64,000 bases of DNA from Narcine bancroftii (Eukaryota): the NCBI RefSeq assembly GCF_036971445.1, contig NC_091469.1, positions 302,188,001 to 302,252,000 of the forward strand, given 5' to 3'. A program made the translations under genes and the position numbers. This document shows, in pieces, positions 39,345 to 52,084 of the stretch (the first letter of the stretch is position 1; each line of letters starts with the position of its first letter). The notes beneath the pieces were generated by a model. The model was not told the origin of the DNA, ran no database searches, and saw only the letters and a list, made by a program, of their open reading frames with translations.

Positions 39345-41640
39345 TATCTCTTCCACGAACATCCTCAACACTGGGGCCCCACGAGGCTGTGTACTCAGTT
39401 CCCGACTGTACTTGCTGCAGCACCAGTGTCTCAAACACTGCCCTGAATCAAACTGACTAGATGAAAATTAGCGGCTCTCCTGGCGCTATGTAATGGCAGC
39501 GTTGCCACTGGTGCAAAACATGGAGAGCAGGGAGCGGAAACACAGAGCTCCTGTTGGTTCCAACAACCCAGTCCGTCTGCTGTCAGATCTGTATAGGTTT
39601 TTAATGACCTGCTAATGGAGCTGATGATGGTTTAATTTAAAATTCTGCAACCGCAAGGTCCGTGCCCAAGATGGTAGTGCCAATAATCGGCAGCAGCGAC
39701 GAGGGGTTGCAGACTCTGGGGAAGCAGAGAACTGGCACAGGGCACCAGAAAACAGGGAGGACACCATCCCTCCTCCCCGCCGTTTGAGAAGGAGAAGCAG
39801 AGGAGATGACTCATGGGATGGTTGCCACAGCGGAGGACCAGTGAGGTGTTCTGCGGCTGAAGAATACACAGGTGACGGGCTGTTGGCATCCCGAGGCAAG
39901 AAACCCATGCAGGCTGTGGGCTGCTGGCAGCTGCCGTCGAGGGATTCACAGCAGGTGGCTGACTGCTGAAGATTGGCATGAGACAGGCTGAAGGGGTACT
40001 GGAACTGCGATGTGAGATGGTGCCAAAAGCAGTGAAGGTTTCCTGATCATGTCGGATGTTCATCTGGAGCTCGGGCTGCTGATGTTTGGACTGAAGTCTG
40101 TGTGGCCGCAGAAGCTGCGGGAGCACTGGAGGTGAATCCAGGACAATCGGTGACTCTGAGGGGACTCTAGTTTGCTTCTCTTTCTCTGAATGTAAGCGGT
40201 GCTTCAGGCAGTTTCTGCCGATGGCAAATCTATCTGCCTTACGGCAGAAAAAAACAAATTCTGTGCAACATTGTATTGATTACTTGAAAATAAAGGAATC
40301 TTATTAATAATAATGCCATTAACTTGCCTAAACCCGGGAAAAATTCCGGAGATCTTTCTTCTAAGTAATATAAGAAGTAAAGAACTTGGACTCGATTTGG
40401 ATGGAGCACAAAAAAGATTTATTATGATAGCCTTAGGTGTAGCAAAAAAATGTATTATGTCAACCTGGAAATTAGAAGATAGTCTGAGAATACAGCAATG
40501 GTACATAAAAATGAATAAATGTATTCCATTGGAAAAAAATAACATACAATTTAAGAAATAATATCACAGTATTCGAACAAATTTGGGAACCATACATGGA
40601 ACACAACAGAGAAGTCCTACCGCGGACCTCCACCACCTAAAATGACAGAGGAGAAGAAGACAAAATGAACTGACCCAGTGTGTAAAAGTAGATGACACAA
40701 TTTTCTTGTTTATTTTCATTGTGTGATGACATTTTTTAATGGGTTTAATGTATCATATAGGTTGAACATTGAGTGGGTGGGGGGGGGGGGTGAAGGAGGA
40801 AGGGAAGGGAGGGGGAAAAAGGGGAGAAAATGATACTGTGTATATTCAAGAGGGAAATGTTTGTGTGTATTTTGGTTAGTATGGTTCATAGTGTGAAAAA
40901 TAAAAAAAAAATTAAAAAACATAAAGGAATCTTGAATCCATCTATAAATTCACAGATGACATCGCTATCATAGGCTGGATCTCAAACAATAATGAATCAA
41001 AATGTAGAAGGGAGATGGGGTTCCATTGATGGTGCCAAGACAACAACCTTAATCTTCCTAATTGTCTGGTTGACTAATGACCTGGTCATAGTCCTCTGGA
41101 AGAGCCGTGACTGCATCAACAATGCTGAGATCGAGATAGCAGACATTTTGTTCCAAATAGGAAACATCTCTAACCATCTGTTCTGTACCAGCCACGTTGA
41201 AAGAATAGCAAGAGAGAACATCAGGGCATCTGTTTCCTCAGAAGCCAATGTAAAATGGCATTCCATCTGCATCAACAACTTCTACAAATGAACTGTTGAA
41301 ATATCCTGTCAAGGTGCATCACTGTTCAACACAAGATTGCAATAAACTGCAGAAAGTTTTTGAAGGTTTAGACTGTCACACCAATGACAACCCCCACCAC
41401 TCCACCCCCACCATTTCTCCTGCACTAACTTTATCTACACTTCCTATTGCCTTAGAAAAGCAGCCAACATATCAAAAGACTCATCCACCCCTGTACTAAC
41501 TGATTTTTCTCTGTAACTCTGCACTCTGTTCTGTGTTTTACTTGTTATTACTAGGTACAGGTTAATGAGCTGGAATGCTCCCCAAACCAACTTCCATGCG
41601 CTACCTCAGTGCACATGACAATGAACTTAAACTTGAATTT
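39345..41640 (+). mobile_element. Rex1/Babar LINE with nested insertions
   Basis: LNTGAPRGCVLS at about 39362-39400; resumes IYKFTDDI at about 40940; CTTAAACTTGAA tail. Contains a GC-rich non-coding retro-element (about 39470-40300) and an L1 3' fragment. Confidence 0.65.
40303..40920 (+). mobile_element. 5'-truncated L1 (second family): ORF2 C-terminus, 3' UTR and poly(A)
   Basis: PEIFLL..IALGVAKKCIMSTWK..CIPLEK; G-rich 3' UTR; AATAAA and A-tail; 13-bp TSD ATAAAGGAATCTT at 40290-40302 and 40921-40933. Confidence 0.9.
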
Positions 41641-44519
41641 GAAATCAGACTACAGCTTGGAATACATTTCAATACTGGCATCACTTTAAATTGTTTGAGT
41701 AATATATACAATGTTTAGACTTCTAAATGGTCTGTATGTTTTGCTGTGGTTGAAAAGGTAAATACAATTTCATTTGTAACTGTAAAGTGGACATAATTCT
41801 TGACATTTCATAGGTTATAGCTTGGTGAGTTGATTTTTTTTTAGTTTGACATCAGCAGTGTTCTTTTGCTCCTTACTTTGGCGTTTGCTTAACTTTTAAT
41901 CACACACTTGGCTGAAAGAAATTTGTCAGTGGCAAAAGGTACATTTGTCATCTAAAACCTAAGTGGAATAATTCAATTTTAATTCATAAAATGTCCAGTC
42001 ATACAATTATGTTAACAGTCTTATTATTACAAGGATCCAGATTCAGAGAAAGGAAGATGGAATGAATTAACTCCCAGATATAAAGCTGTTGAACCAACAG
42101 CCATCCTAAGCAGGGATCTGAATGAAAAATCATTGTTAACCTCAATATCAGACCTCATTGACTTTCCATCATCCATCCACTCAGATGAAGTGGGCAAACA
42201 GCTGAAAAGCAGGTAAAAGTTGGACAAAACTTTTTTTTGCAGAAATCTCTTTCATTAAACACAAGTTCACCAAGCTTGCCTTATGTACAAGTCCTTCTTA
42301 TGTGACTGCAACTACAGAACAGGAATGATGTGGAACATCACCTGGAAAATTAACATCTATAAAAATGGGATTTGTGTAAAAGTGAGCTTAATGGTCAACA
42401 TGAACTTAGTGAGCAAATGGACGCGTTTCTATGCTGCATCCCTTCATAACCTCCCGAACATATATTGCCACATTTATTTTCACCGTGTTGGAGTTCCAGG
42501 ATTTCCTTACCAATGGCATTGTTTTAAGGAGATGGCTTGTCAACAATTTTTGGGTTTTCTCAGGCAGAACAATAAATAAAGTCTGGGGACACAAATGATT
42601 GTGCGTGCAATAATCTTGTCCCAAAAGCAAACTGCTGGACGAACCTGGGACTGAAGCTTCGAAACATCACCTTTCCCTGTTCCTCTACAGATGTCACAAG
42701 ACCTGCTGAACTTCTCCAGCAGTTTGTACTTGGAATAAATGAAATCTTTCCAACATTATCTCATCATCTAAATCCCAACAGCAAATATAGAAAGAGGCAG
42801 ACTGTGGATTAATATTCCATGACCAAACAGATTTATATTTACAACAACATTTTATTATATTTTCCAATAGTTGTTACAGTTTATGAGCTATAAATGTGAT
42901 AGATTTGTCCTGAGCAGCTCATGTTGATATTTATCTATAGCATTTTTCAAACTTACTTTTTGAAGTAAGCAATCTTCAGCAGAATCGATACATTAAAATG
43001 TAACCTACAAGGGGATATTTTATTACTTTCACTGAACAATTATTGAAAAATTAGCACTGTCACTGGAATTTGACTCTTCCTCCTTCTGTGCATTTATTAG
43101 AATGACTAATTAGCAAGTTTCATTCCAGAAATAATGAGGGCTTCTAACAAAGGCAATGCACTAACTTAAATCTCCTGTCAACGGGGCACATCAAATTGAC
43201 AAGTCCATGGAAGGTATGTGAGGCAATTTCTTGGAACAATATCATGCAGAGTCAAGATCAGCTTTCCAGTAAAGGCAGAACATTATTCTCTCTCTAACAT
43301 TTCGGTGGCCTCGTACACTATTATAATGAGACCCAATGTAAGCTTCTGAAACAACCCCTGATCATTCACCATTGTGCATAAACTAAATCTGGCTTTGTAA
43401 AGTGTAATGATCAACTGATCATGGGAGAAATTGATAAGGGATCTTGTTCAGCAGATGATCAGGAAGAGAATTTCTAATTTTCCTTGCTTGGAAAAAGACT
43501 CTTTTTGTTCACAATGTTATGGTTGTGACAAGAAATATCCATGGAGGCTCAGAGTTTCGGCCCCAAAACTTGGATACAATGCTGCAACATATTTAATGAC
43601 TTCATATGAATGCATATGATCAACTATTTCACTTGTATATGCCATATTTCTGTCGTTCAAGACCAGCATGGGATGCAACAATAGAACCACTGCCCAATTT
43701 ATCTTGTCCCAACATTTCTTATCTTTCAACAACCCCTATCAGTCAAGACTCTCCAATCGAATATTCATATGCCTAACCTTACCTTCAGAGTTACTGAAAC
43801 ATCAATACTCACATTTCACAATTTCACCAGCTACGTGACATAATTACTCACTGTGTTTTGCATTCAAGACACTAAGATAATGTCAATGTCTATTCACTGG
43901 ATGGAGGGACATTCACAGACTCCGATGTAATAGAAATCAGGTGAGGATTTTGATGGACCAGACTGCAAAACCCACATTTTCCCATTATCTTCTCAGTACC
44001 TTATAATGACGTACACTAGTTCTCATTTTCCGCAATGGAGGATGATGAATTGGTATATGCTATTGAAAATAACATCCAGCTGCCATGTAGACATTCATCA
44101 CATCTGTGTGGTACATGTTGACATCCTTTGCTGACAATACAGAAGAAGTGATTCACTGCTCAGTTGTGAAACCAATGTAAAGGGTGTGTGTGTGTGTTTT
44201 TTTAAAGTAGCCTGGAAGATTATTGACAGCTACATTAGCTGTGAATTTTACAATAAAATTCACTATTCAAAATCTGTTGAAATATTTTTTAATGCATTCT
44301 TGCTCTGAGAAAATATTTACATACCCCCTTTCTGATTAAAGTGCTTTATAGTTGTCTGTTTGATACACACACATACATAAAAGATGCAAGAGTGAGAGTA
44401 TAATAAACACAGCAGTTAACTTGTACACAAACAGCAATGCAATGGTGGCCAGAAAATCTGCTTTAGCAATGTTGGTTGATGGAAAAATAACGATCAGATC
44501 ATGGGGCTTAACCTCTGTA

Positions 44520-45277
44520 ATATTTTTTTCACGTGCTGCAGAGCTATTGGACTGGCGTGGCACATCTTCACAGCTCCAGCTAAGGTAAGCTCTGTCTCTT
44601 GCAGCAACCTCTCACCCACTTTCTTATCAATAATCCTGAACACAATTTGATCATGGATCATTGAATCCTGCAGTGTATATTCTTGCTTTTAATTTCAAGT
44701 CCGTTAAAAAAAAGTATCAACTCTCTCCCTGCAGCTGGAAGCAAGAGTGAAACATGTACCTTTCGAACATTCCATTTTTATTTGGTGAACAGTATTCATC
44801 AAACATCTCGATAACCTTGTCAAACCTGCCCTGATCAGCTGCCTCGACAAAAACAAATGTGTTGAAAACCTCTAGTGCTTTAGGTCCTGCCTCAGTAAGT
44901 AGCGGTGAAATCTTCTGTACATCAGGTTTGCTATTGAGTCCAACGTCTTTCAGGTACAGTCTAAATTGTTGTTTGAACAACCTCTACCCATGGTTGACGT
45001 TTCCAGTCCAATTTACAGTGTCAGGGCCTTTACACTCTCCATGTTTTCTGCTGCTACCGACTGATTCTCATTGCACATTCCTGGTATTTCTTCCACTCCA
45101 CGTGATATTTCTTTTATTGCAATAAAGAAACTTGGGTTATTTTATAACAACTATACTTTATTAGCTGCAGTACTCATAACTTCGTGGAGGCATCCATTTG
45201 GAATCTACTCCTAGCTGCAACAATTCATCTCTGACTTCCTCTAGTGGTCAGGATTATCACTAGCATGCTATCATTAC
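44520..45277 (-). mobile_element. Truncated Gypsy (second family): LTR plus gag fragment
   Basis: FKQQFRLYL..AGPKALEVFNTF..FDEYCSPNKN..FERYMF..QLQGES..ERLLQETELTLAGAVKMCHAS; putative LTR about 45101-45277 followed on the minus strand by TGG-initiated sequence. Confidence 0.8.
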
Positions 45278-46118
45278 AGAGAAGGCTCCATCGTCTACAG
45301 TATAGGGAAAGTGTTCCCTGAAAAAGGGGAAATTTCCGACCTCCTTGAAAGTTGATACAGCAGAGACAGAGAAACTGGGAGAAAGAGCAGGAAGAGGAGT
45401 GTTCTTGGTAGTTAGTGGACAATATCTATGGATACTCTGCCTGCTGAGATAGAAAAGAGACAAAAGATCTTCAATCTGAATTATCAGATCACATTAGATA
45501 CTATTTATTGTGTAATAAAACAAAAAAATGTAATATTACATGAAATTGCCTTTAGTCGTCCATAAGGCAGACAAACATTCATCATTAACATTGCCCGGCA
45601 TCAGAGAAAGAGAAGCAAAAGAGTGTCACTGAATGTCTGTGCACAAGATTCCAGTTCAGTTCAAAACATTGTCAACCCAAACCCAGATCCAAACCTCTGA
45701 CATGATGAGAAAGCCTTCAGTGTCCAGGGCCCTTTAGGAGCCCTTCTTGCCTTGAGAACCCTCTCGAATATTTGATCCGAGACCTGATTTTCATGACCCA
45801 GTCTGCAGCAGCCCTCACCTGTGGGTACCTTGTCAACATGTCACCAATAGCCCACCACCTGCTTCAGCCGCAGAGGCCCCTTGCTGGTCCACCACCATGG
45901 TCATTGTCCTTAGATCATCTCTTCTGCTTCTCCAACTCAACATGGGGTTGGGGAGGGGGGAGTTATTCTCCCTGTTTCTAGTGCTCAGTGCCAGTCCACT
46001 GCTCCCCGGAATCTGAACCCCTCGGGTCCACTGCTGAACACAGGCTTTGCCATCTTGAGCCCAGATTCCGCAGTCGCAGGACTGGGTGGTAGTACCCTTC
46101 AAGGAAGTGCTGCATCTC

Positions 46119-46340
46119 TGTGATACTTTGGGATCCTATCACCACTGTATATATTTGCATATAGTGATAATGATTGGCTGAGAGCCATAGCCACTCCTAC
46201 TGGCCAGGTCACAAAGGGCTGCACCTAATCAGATCCAAGTCAGTCTGGACTGGTCGACCTTGAGGTACTACGCTCCAGTCTTTTGTTAATAAAAGCCTTA
46301 GTTTGAGTCAACAGGTCTTTGAGTCACTCGATGTGCTACA
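46119..46340 (+). mobile_element. Solo LTR related to the 5266-10081 Gypsy
   Basis: TGTGATA...CTACA; shares GATTGGCTGAGAGC, GGACTGGTCG and TTTTGYTAATAAAAGCCTT blocks with the reverse complement of 9840-10081; perfect 5-bp TSD ATCTC at 46114-46118 and 46341-46345. Confidence 0.92.
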
Positions 46341-46789
46341 ATCTCCTTTCCCACTGTCCCTGGGCGCTGCTGTTACAACAGCTATGACAATGCTGCCATT
46401 TTTTAGCTGTGTTTCTCTCTTAACAGATGCTGCTGGAGCTGCTAAGTGTTTTCTGTTTTTATTTCAGATTTCATCCACCATCTGCAGTTTTTGAATCTCT
46501 GCTTCTGTTAGTCATTTGGCCTCTTCTTCTTTCAATGTTGCTTATGACGACAACTGGCAGCCAGTTCAGAACCTCCCTTCTCTGTCTTCTCCACTGAGAA
46601 GCAATTAACAGGTAGCTTCCAAGAGAACTGCAACAAGATTGAATATTAGTGTATATAGAGATAAAGAGATATAGAGAGATTGAGATAAATAAAGATATGA
46701 TACATGGGTATATGGATACAAAGAGCAATGGATACATACTGATGTGGAGATATGGATATATAGAGAGATGGACACCTGATGTAACTTAT

Positions 46790-47025
46790 GGGCAATATGG
46801 TTGGTGTAGTGGTTAGCACAATGCTGTAAAAGTGCCAGTGATCAGGACCGGGGTTCGAATCCCACACTTCTGTAAGGAGTTTGTATGTGATCCCCGTGTC
46901 TGGGTGGGTTTTCTCCTGGGGGCTCCTGCTTCCTCCCTCCATTTGAAACATACTGGGTTGTCGTTTAATTGAGTGGCACAGGCTCATAGCCTGAAATGGC
47001 CTGTTGCAGTGCGGTATGTCTAAAT
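46790..47025 (+). mobile_element. V-SINE (HE1-like) with intact B box
   Basis: TGGTGTAGTGG A box, GGTTCGAATCC B box at 46852-46862, V-core. Confidence 0.85.
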
Positions 47026-47499
47026 TTAAAAAATAAATAAATTAATTAAGGGTTAAAGCAGTTGGAGGTGCAGAATACAGGGGTTTGATTTAATAAACTT
47101 TTTAAAATGTAATCTGAGTTGCACTGCTCTGTGAGCTGTAACTGGCTTTCCCCACAAAGATAGTTCAAGTCAAATTTGGCAAAGGCGATACTACCTTCAA
47201 ATTCCATCATTTTCTGCCTTTTGAAGCAGTTTGCCTCTATGCTAACCATCAAGACATAATAGCGAGAGCTTCAGTTTAAGAGTTCAGTAATGGCTTCAAT
47301 AATATCAAGTCATTGCAAAGTTAATATTCCACTGGGCTTGAGGCATCCACCTGCATTTACTTGGTGACGTTTGAAAGAGTGAGTTTCTTCTGAACAGTGA
47401 AAGTGCACAGTATTCTGCTGTAAATAGCAGGCTGTGCTTAACTAAAAACCGAATAAAGGACATAAATTTACGTAATAATACTGAGATGTAATGCTTTTT

Positions 47500-47765
47500 A
47501 TCACAAAGCACTGGCGGATAATTTGTGCAGAGCAAATTCCCCAAACAGCCACAGCCAGTTAATTTATTTTGCTCACATTGATTGAGGTGATAAACGTAGA
47601 CCAGGATTCACTCAAAATAGCACCTGGACTTTCAACTGAGAGAGCAGACTGGGCACAGTTGAAATTCTAGTTTGAAAGGCATCACCTTCAACAGCGCTCA
47701 TCCACAGAAAAGTATTTGCTGTCAATTCCTAAGGGGTAGACTTAAAAATGAAAAGTTTCTGCTTC
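47500..47765 (-). mobile_element. Old DeuSINE-type (SacSINE/AmnSINE-like) remnant
   Basis: Blocks AGCAAATTCCCCAAACAGC, TTGATTGAGGTGATAAA, CTGAGAGAGCAGAC and GAAAGGCATCACCTTCAACAG resemble the Deu domain as I recall it. Confidence 0.5.
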
Positions 47766-48824
47766 AATTGTCTTACGAAAAAGGTCATCTCTAGAAGTTC
47801 TGAAATATAGTCACATCTGCTGCTTATTTATCAACCGCAGTAACTTCTGTTTTTGAACATGTGATTGAAAGCTTCCATCAGCACCTTGCCTCAGAAATAT
47901 CTGCACCAAACTGACATAAATTATTTATTTACCTTTCACCACTATATGTAAACATCCTTCTAATGCACACATTTTATTTTCTTGATTTGATTAGATGGAA
48001 AAGTTTTGGTGTTTTTCAATCTCTTTTGGATTCAGATGCAGAAAATGAAGTGGACCAGTTTCAAAACTCCTCATCGATTCAGTGCCTGATTGGTTAAAGT
48101 TTATGTTAATGTTCATGTTTTTTTTTAAAATAACAGGGCATTGGATGTGAATGAATTCTTCAGTAACAATGTGCTAAGCAACCAAATCAAAATGTTAGTC
48201 ATAAACTTCTGATTCTAGGTTCAGTAATGCAATAAACTTCCCCTGGAAAACTTCTAACTCCATTAGTAGCCCTCTGTCCTAAGCATGTAGCTTCCCATTA
48301 ATCCTGCATTAATTCAGAAAGTAAAACATTCAAAACTCATGGAGATAAAGCCATTGCAGGGAGCTCACTTGAACTCAGGAAACATTAACCTGCAGCCGGG
48401 AAAGTAATCTTCCCACTGATCTTATGTACAGGCTGCAGCTGGCCACTCAGCCCCAGGAGCCTGTCCAAACATCCAATCCGATCTGTCTGATCAGATTGCC
48501 AACTCAACTCCGAATTCCTACCTTGCCCAATTGCAACCTCAAATCTCCAGATGCAACCACAACTCCCATCTGTGCTTAACAAGAATCTATCCAGCTCAGC
48601 CTCAGAATATTCACCTTTTTTTCCACTACCTTTTGAGGAAGGCAGTTCCAAAGTCGTATAACATTCAGATTGAAAATACTTTCTTTATCACTCTCTTAAA
48701 TTGATAATTATATATTTGTAAAACAATGACTCATATTTCTAAATTATTCCATGAGACAACATCATCTCTCCTCATCCACTCATCACAATATTTCAAGACC
48801 TATGCTTAAATTTTAAAATTTTTA

Positions 48825-49060
48825 ATTTAGGCATACAGCATGTTAACAGGCCCTTCCAGCCCTCAGCCCATGTCACTCAAGTAACCCAATTAACCTGCAA
48901 CCCCCATACACTTTGAAAGCTGGGAGGAAGTTGGAGTGGCCTGGTGAAACCCACACCGATACAGGGAGAATGTACAAACTCATTACAGACAGCGCCAGAT
49001 TCAAACCGGGTCACTGGTGCTGTAATAAAATGCACGAACTGCTTCGCTAACTGTGCTGCT
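48825..49060 (-). mobile_element. V-SINE (HE1-like)
   Basis: Colinear with 17998-18225; (TTTAAA)-type tail. Confidence 0.8.
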
Positions 49061-49272
49061 GCTTGAATTAAGTCCTCCTTCCTCTTCTAAACTCCTTTGG
49101 ATGCAAACCCACCCAATCAATTCATTCATTCCGCATTATTTCGCCCAATAATAATAATTTAATTAATTCCAATGAATGGATCTCTTTTCTTAATGAATAG
49201 ACCATTCTACTCATAGTCCAATGCCCTAAACAGGTGAAATGTGACCATGCCACTCATGGCAGGTGAGAGGTA

Positions 49273-50676
49273 CAATAAAATTCCCATTATCCGGCACCTA
49301 CCGGAATCACGAATGCCAGAAATATGAATTATCCGGATGTCTGAGATTCACTCTTACAATGTTTAAATACACCATTTAAAAGACAAGCAACAATGCAAAA
49401 TATGGTAATTTGAGAAATATCCATATTGTAGTCTTTCATTATGTAAAATTCCCATAACTTACAAAATGTCAATTTAAATTCAAACTCCAGTCACTAACAC
49501 TGTAACAGTTTTGTGCTAGCTGCTACGTTATCCATGTCACCATTATAATTAACCCACTCCCCCAAGTTTACAGATAAAGCCTTACCAATATACCTAATAC
49601 AGTACTACTTCGATTATCTGAAATCCTCTGTTATCCAAAAGATTTTTGGACCTGGAAGTGACGTCTGTTCAGCTCTGAATTTTTTTTCAGATAATTGAAG
49701 ATTTCAGAAAAATCAAAAATCCTCATTTATCCAAAAAAAAATGTAAATTCGCCTCTGAAATTTTTTTGGATAAATGGAGATATCCGAAACAATCAAAAAA
49801 CCTCAGTTATTCAAAATATTTTTGGAGCCGAACTGTTACAGGTTGAAACATTTTGGTATTTTGGAAAAGCCTCTAAGTACAATTTTGAGTTCTTGGTGTT
49901 GGATTTATCTTATTTTGTTCAGGTTGATTTTTGGTGATAATTGAACATTATTTCATGCTTTAAAACCCTTCCCTTGTTGTTTGTTGTTATTTAAACACTG
50001 TTACAAGTGATTTGCTCTTACTGCTGGGCTGTTTTTAAAAAAATTATCCGAAAATATCATTTATCCAAAGTAGGCCTAGTCCCAACCATTTCAGATAATC
50101 TGATTTATACTATTCTAATAAAGGTAAAGACTCATATCAGGCATGGATCTGGAGACACTTTGAGAGAGTCATCCTAATGGCTAGCAGTATCAACCAGCTC
50201 TTTATTCTGGTGTGCCATTCGGGCTGTCAACGCAACTCAATTTATCTCCATGAAAGTGCCCCGATCAGGTTCTCAACACATCCTGACTCACCTCCACGCA
50301 AGTGTCCCAGTCAGGCTCTCAGCACAACCTGACTCACCTCCACGCCAATGTCCTGGTTAAACCCTCGGTGAACCTTCCTGTGCTGACAACCAGACTCATA
50401 TCCACTCAAGTGTGCCAGACAGGACCTTGGTGCCCCTTCCCTCTGCTGATGACCCAACTCATCTCCATGCAAGTGGCGACAGCGAAAAGAATGTACGTGC
50501 ATTGTGGGGCATTGCTAGTTCTGTGCATGTCCAATGAAGTCTCAGCTCTCCCCTGCGGGATCCATCCACCAGGTCTCATTTATATGAAACATAGTTATCT
50601 AGTTATTTCTTTGATTTATTTTGCTGGTTGTTTGAGTTTCCGATTGATTGAGTGCCGGATAATGGGGATTTTACCA
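49273..50676. mobile_element. Tc1/mariner-superfamily (Tigger-like) non-autonomous element
   Basis: TA flanks; TIRs CAATAAAATTCCCATTATCCGGCAC / GTGCCGGATAATGGGGATTTTACCA; degenerate CCTGACTCACCTCCACGC internal repeats at about 50280-50470. Confidence 0.8.
49600..50112. mobile_element. Nested Tigger-like MITE
   Basis: CAGTACTACTTCGATTATCTGAAAT / ATTTCAGATAATCTGATTTATACTA ends; repeated TTATCC(A/G)AAA subterminal motifs. Confidence 0.7.
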
Positions 50677-52084
50677 TATTTGTTGCTGATAACCAGGTAA
50701 ATGGTTGGCTATTTAAATGCTCAAAAATTTCTTATCTTTTAATTGGTAGTGAGTGACCTGGCAATCACCTCAAAGTATCCCGAATCTCTAGTCAGTCTCA
50801 AAACAATCTTTGGAGCTTCCAGGAATGAACATATGATCACTCAGATAGCAGAGGCAGTCAGCAGCTCCTTCACCTGTAGATTTGAGAAATGAAATGCAAT
50901 GTAACTGTGAACAGTTTTACCAAATGAATTGGATTTTGTCAGTTAATGACAACTGATCTGTTGCCAGTCATGCAATCCACCAAGCTCAAAATGTGTCAGG
51001 GGACAAGACCGAGGAAGTGATATCATGAGGAAACTTCTGAGCTACAGTGGTGGTGAATAATTACCCATAGATGATTGCACTAAAATGTTTTGTTAAATGG
51101 TTTTATATCTTTGTGGCTGAATATTGGGTGTAATTTACCAGGAATAGCAGCACTTATGCAATGAGTTTTCACCCAAGGTTACCAAGTTGTGTGGAAGAGC
51201 TAAGCAGGGCAATTTCCCCCTCATCCACTTCCAATAACTGGGTCTTAGACCATAAATGAATGATTCGAGAATGTTTCCCCTTTTACTGCCTCATGGTGTC
51301 TCAATATCTCTGTTAATAATAATTACTATTTATCATTCACTCATGAATGAAAATAAAAAAAGGTCAAATTTAAATCAATTTATGGTTCAAGCTAACCCAA
51401 AAATATTTTCAATGTAATTGAGTCTATTAAAAGCAGCAAGGTTCTGACAAGATACCGAGATCTGGTAACATCTTTTAATCTACATAATTATGCATTTGGC
51501 GCACAACTAAAAAAAATTAATGACATACCAATCCTGGTTTCAAATTTTGTTTCACAGATCTTGAAATGAATTGGCTTTCATAATTTGTTACTTAGACTAT
51601 AATGAGGGTATTGTTAGTCAAAGGAGAGACATGTGTGTTCAATGGGAACATCTAGAATAATTCCCAACCAAACTGAGTTGATACTTACAAGGTGAACCTA
51701 CATGCAAATCCATGAGACTGAAAGGACCTTCCAGGGTGTGATGAGGTCAAACAAACTGCACACACAAAATAGGTGAGGAATAAGTGGCACGCGGCTCCAG
51801 CAATTAGTTCTGACAGTCAAAAACAAACTGGTCTGGACATTTTGGGAGCCCAGCAGAGACCTTTCACACAATCCACATTAACTGAACATAAAAATAAACT
51901 GATGGATACTGTAAATCTGAAACAAAAACAGAAAATCCAGAAAGCATTTGTGGAAAGAGAATTAGAGTGGTTCTTTCAGATCAAAGGTCTGACCTTCCTG
52001 ATCAATGATCTTTGAAACAGAAGTTCAGATTGTTGAGTCTTTGTCAGAAAGGAAGCAAGTTTGGAAGCAAGAGGAGCTCCTCTT

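Noticed and set aside
46790-46865. tRNA-like A and B boxes
   Set aside because: Head of a SINE running into the V-domain core; no full cloverleaf or terminator.
47046-47252. Protein-looking minus-strand ORF (MVSIEANCFKRQKMMEF..)
   Set aside because: No recognisable family, and splice signals favour the plus strand here.
44342-47378. Apparent remote T-box domain (WHIFTAPAK|IVQV..TFKF..FEAVCLYAN..FSNGF resembles H.Y.PR.HIVRV..TF.F..FIAVTAYQN..FAKGF)
   Set aside because: The WHIFTAPAK segment and its GTAAGC donor are the antisense of Gypsy gag (ERLLQETELTLAGAVKMCHAS), the frames contain stops, and other frames of 47160-47378 read as plausibly. Only a profile search could revive the idea.
50280-50470. 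Spaced short repeats superficially like a CRISPR array
   Set aside because: Few, degenerate units with related spacers inside a DNA transposon in a vertebrate genome; no cas genes.
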